In this document: piece by piece, positions 61,020 through 64,000 of the stretch
Layout: every line of letters starts with the position of its first letter
Numbering within the stretch: position 1 is the stretch's first letter
Translations under genes and position numbers: made by a program
Notes under the pieces: generated by a model
What the model saw: only the letters and a program-made list of their open reading frames with translations
Database searches by the model: none
Told to the model about the DNA's origin: nothing
From: Octopus sinensis
Lineage: Eukaryota
DNA: 64,000 bases
NCBI RefSeq assembly: GCF_006345805.1
Contig: NC_043021.1
Location: forward strand, 6,820,001-6,884,000
Direction of reading: 5' to 3'

Positions 61020-61429
61020 CGGTGAGCTGGCAGAGACGTTAGCGCGCCGGACGAAATGCTCAGCGGTATTTCGTCTGCAGCTACGTTCTGAGTTCAAATT
61101 CCGCCGAGGTCGACTTTGCCTTTCATCTTTTAGGGGTCGATTAAATAAGTACCAGTTACGCACTGGCGGTCAATGTAATCGACTTAATCCGTTTGTCTGT
61201 CCTTGTTTGTCCCCTGTGTTTAGCCCCTTGTGGGTAGTAAAGAAATAGGTATTTCGTCCGCCGTTACGTTCTGAGTTCAAATTCCGCCGAGGTCGACTTT
61301 GCCTTTCATCCTTTCGGGGTCGATTAAATAAGTACCAGTTACGCACTGGGGTCGATGTAATTGACTTAATCCGTTTGTCTTTCCTTGTTTGTCCTCTCTG
61401 TGTTTAGCCCCTTGTGGGTAGTAAAGAAA
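61020..61429 (+). mobile_element. SINE-A dimer inserted in a SINE-B (60874-61520)
   Basis: TSD TAGGTAGAAA(C/T)TGAAGG at 61003-61019 and 61430-61446. Confidence 0.9.
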
Positions 61430-61460
61430 TAGGTAGAAATTGAAGGAGGTCCATTGTTTT

Positions 61461-61498
<38 letters not shown>

Positions 61499-61597
61499 AG
61501 TGTGTGTATGTGTCTGTGTATTTGTGTGTATGTGTGCTTGTGCGTTTGTATGTTTTACCTTATTTACCACCTTGGCAATGGTAAATATGAACTAATT

Positions 61598-61982
61598 ACT
61601 CTTTTACTTGTTTCAGTCATTTGACTGCGGCCATGCTGGAGCACCGCCTTTAGTCGAGCAAATCGACCCCAGGACTTATTCTTTGTAAGCCCAGTACTTA
61701 TTCTATTGGTCTCTTTTGCCGAACCGCTAAGTGACGGGGACGTAAACACACCAGCATCGGTTGTCAAGCAATGCTAGGGGGACAAACACAGACACACATA
61801 CATATATATATACATATATACGACAGGCTTCTTTCAGTTTCCGTCTACCAAATCCACTCACAAGGCATTGGTCGGCCCGGGGCTATAGCAGGAGACACTT
61901 GCCCAAGATGCCACGCAGTGGGACTGAACCCGGAACCATGTGGTTGGTTAGCAAGCTACTTACCACACAGCCACTCCTGTGC
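61598..61982 (-). mobile_element. SINE-B full length
   Basis: Family motifs. Confidence 0.9.
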
Positions 61983-62210
61983 ACATATTTAAAATACGTT
62001 AAAATACTAGTGTAGGTATGAGTATGTATCTATATATGCATACAGAAAATTTGAATCTAATTGAATTTAACCTAGATTTGACGTAAGGGAGACAATATAT
62101 TAAAAATTGTTCCCCCTGATATTTATCTACCAAAATGTTCCCCCTGATATTTATCTACCCAAATTTGTGCATTATTATATTGTGATTTGACTGTGGTTTA
62201 ATCCAAGGTG

Positions 62211-62255
<45 letters not shown>

Positions 62256-62320
62256 TGTGTGTGTTTGTACCTCAGCATACTGGATTCTTCTCAAATTCTC
62301 TGATTTGCATTATCTTACAG

Positions 62321-62404
62321 TTCCCTGGATTTACCTACATTCGTAGCAGAGCTGAAGTCTATCATCAATGAACCTGCAAAAATTTGTCTTTTTGATGAAA
62401 TAAG
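62321..62404 (+). CDS. USH1C: Harmonin coding exon 3 (S-SLDLPTFVAELKSIINEPAKICLFDEI + AG)
   Basis: Acceptor tcttacag|T, donor AG|gtaaaa, 84 bp, phase 2 to 2, in frame with exon 2. Resembles human [28 protein letters not shown]. Confidence 0.93.
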
Positions 62405-62461
62405 GTAAAACCAATTCCAGTAATCACCTCGGCTCCTTTTTCTTTGCATTTAATGTTCCCT

Positions 62462-62930
<469 letters not shown>

Positions 62931-63203
62931 GTTGCTTAACCCCCCCTCCCCCTGGTCAGTTCACATCCAACTGACTTAGAATCATAGGCAGATACAGCTG
63001 ACTGTGTGGGCAAGAAGTTTATTTTTCAACTTTGTGGTTTCCAGTTCAATCCCACACTGTGGCATATTGCTCGAGTGTCTTCTACTAAATCTGTGAATCA
63101 ACCAATACTTCGTTGTAGAAATTTGGTTGAGAGTCACTTACCTGGAAGCCTGTCGACGAGACGGCCCAGTTCTTAGGAGATTGACTTTATTTCTCACCTC
63201 ACC

Positions 63204-63318
63204 TAACCCTTTAGCATTTAAACCAGCCATATCTGGCCAGTATATTGTTTTATGTCCAAATTAGCCAGATCCAGCCTCTCATACCCACCCTACAATGTCA
63301 GTCTGAAAAAGTAAATTA
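63204..63318. mobile_element. MITE family G, left part only
   Basis: taaccctttagcatttaaaccagccatatc... matches the start of family G. Confidence 0.7.
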
Positions 63319-63545
63319 TCATCATCATCATAGTCATTTAGCGTCTATTTTTTCCATGCTGGCATGGGTTAGATGGTTTGAGAAAGCTGCACCAGGCTGC
63401 AGTCTGTTTCAGCTTGGTTTCTATGGCTTTCTGATGCCATCCACTCCATAGACTGTGACGGGTGCCATTCACGTGTCACTAGCACGGGTGCCTTTTACAT
63501 GCCACTGACACTGGTTATGACTACGAATTTCACTTGGCTTGATAC
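63318..63545 (-). mobile_element. SINE-E, degenerate
   Basis: (CAT)n tail and E motifs. Confidence 0.65.
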
Positions 63546-63951
63546 TAACAGAACATTAGCACAGTGCCAGAAAGTTGAGGAGAGGACTAGACAATTAAAT
63601 CGATCACAGCCCTAACTCTCTCTCCCCAGCTGCCACATCCTAGATGTTGTGCTAGGTCAAGGACAGGGGATCAAGAAGGTTTCTATGTCTACTCACGACT
63701 ACATGAGCCCCCAAAACAATTAGTGATAGCATGGTACATGCTAGCATGTCACCCTCAATTTTAAGTGACTGTTGTGGTATCATGTTATCGTATCATATTA
63801 TCTCATGTTTAACAATACTCTGTTATATAATGCTGTATTTATTACTTAACACTATCACCGTATGTAATGATACTTCATTGCATGGTGATACTATATTGTG
63901 TAATGATATCATGTTCAGTTTGGAACTTTTTTTTTTTTATTATTTTTCCAG

Positions 63952-64000
63952 ACCTTTAGTACCTCTGAATCAACAGATAGCTTATGATTCTCTTTGTCCT
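63952..64000 (+). CDS. USH1C: Harmonin coding exon 4, cut by the window edge (R-PLVPLNQQIAYDSLCP)
   Basis: Long T tract then tttttccag|A, in frame with exon 3. Resembles human PLIPLKHQVEYDQLTP. Confidence 0.9.

Noticed and set aside
63919-63951. Alternative in-frame acceptor 33 nt upstream of exon 4
   Set aside because: Lacks its own pyrimidine tract; the downstream AG has the strong tract and gives the conserved peptide.

Overview
AT-rich, repeat-saturated animal genomic DNA. It is most consistent with an octopod cephalopod, judged from the SINE families, microsatellite load and huge introns (recognition from memory, no database search). The only recognisable host gene is a harmonin (USH1C) orthologue on the + strand. 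Four tiny coding exons (7602-7637, 43566-43630, 62321-62404, 63952-window end) splice in frame through GT-AG introns of 35.9, 18.7 and 1.5 kb into 78 aa of the harmonin N-terminal domain (about 38/78 identical by eye to human harmonin as I recall it). The ORF track misses this spliced reading frame, and most of its long ORFs are microsatellite artefacts. The rest is intronic or upstream repeat: at least five tRNA-/RTE-related SINE families (working names A-E) with swappable heads and tails, CR1/L2/RTE LINE remnants, Penelope-like termini with minimal hammerhead-ribozyme motifs, a decayed DD34D mariner, a hAT remnant, two Helitrons, TTAA (piggyBac-type) MITEs (two amplified in place into tandem arrays), fold-back MITEs, and mini-/microsatellites. 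The most unusual signal is repeated local copying of DNA: a three-fragment templated insertion inside a MITE (59.2-59.6 kb), a ~187-bp target-site duplication, one nick site reused by several retroelements, and many fold-back or inverted duplications that would make the pre-mRNA rich in dsRNA. Repeat boundaries are read by eye and may be off by a few bases.
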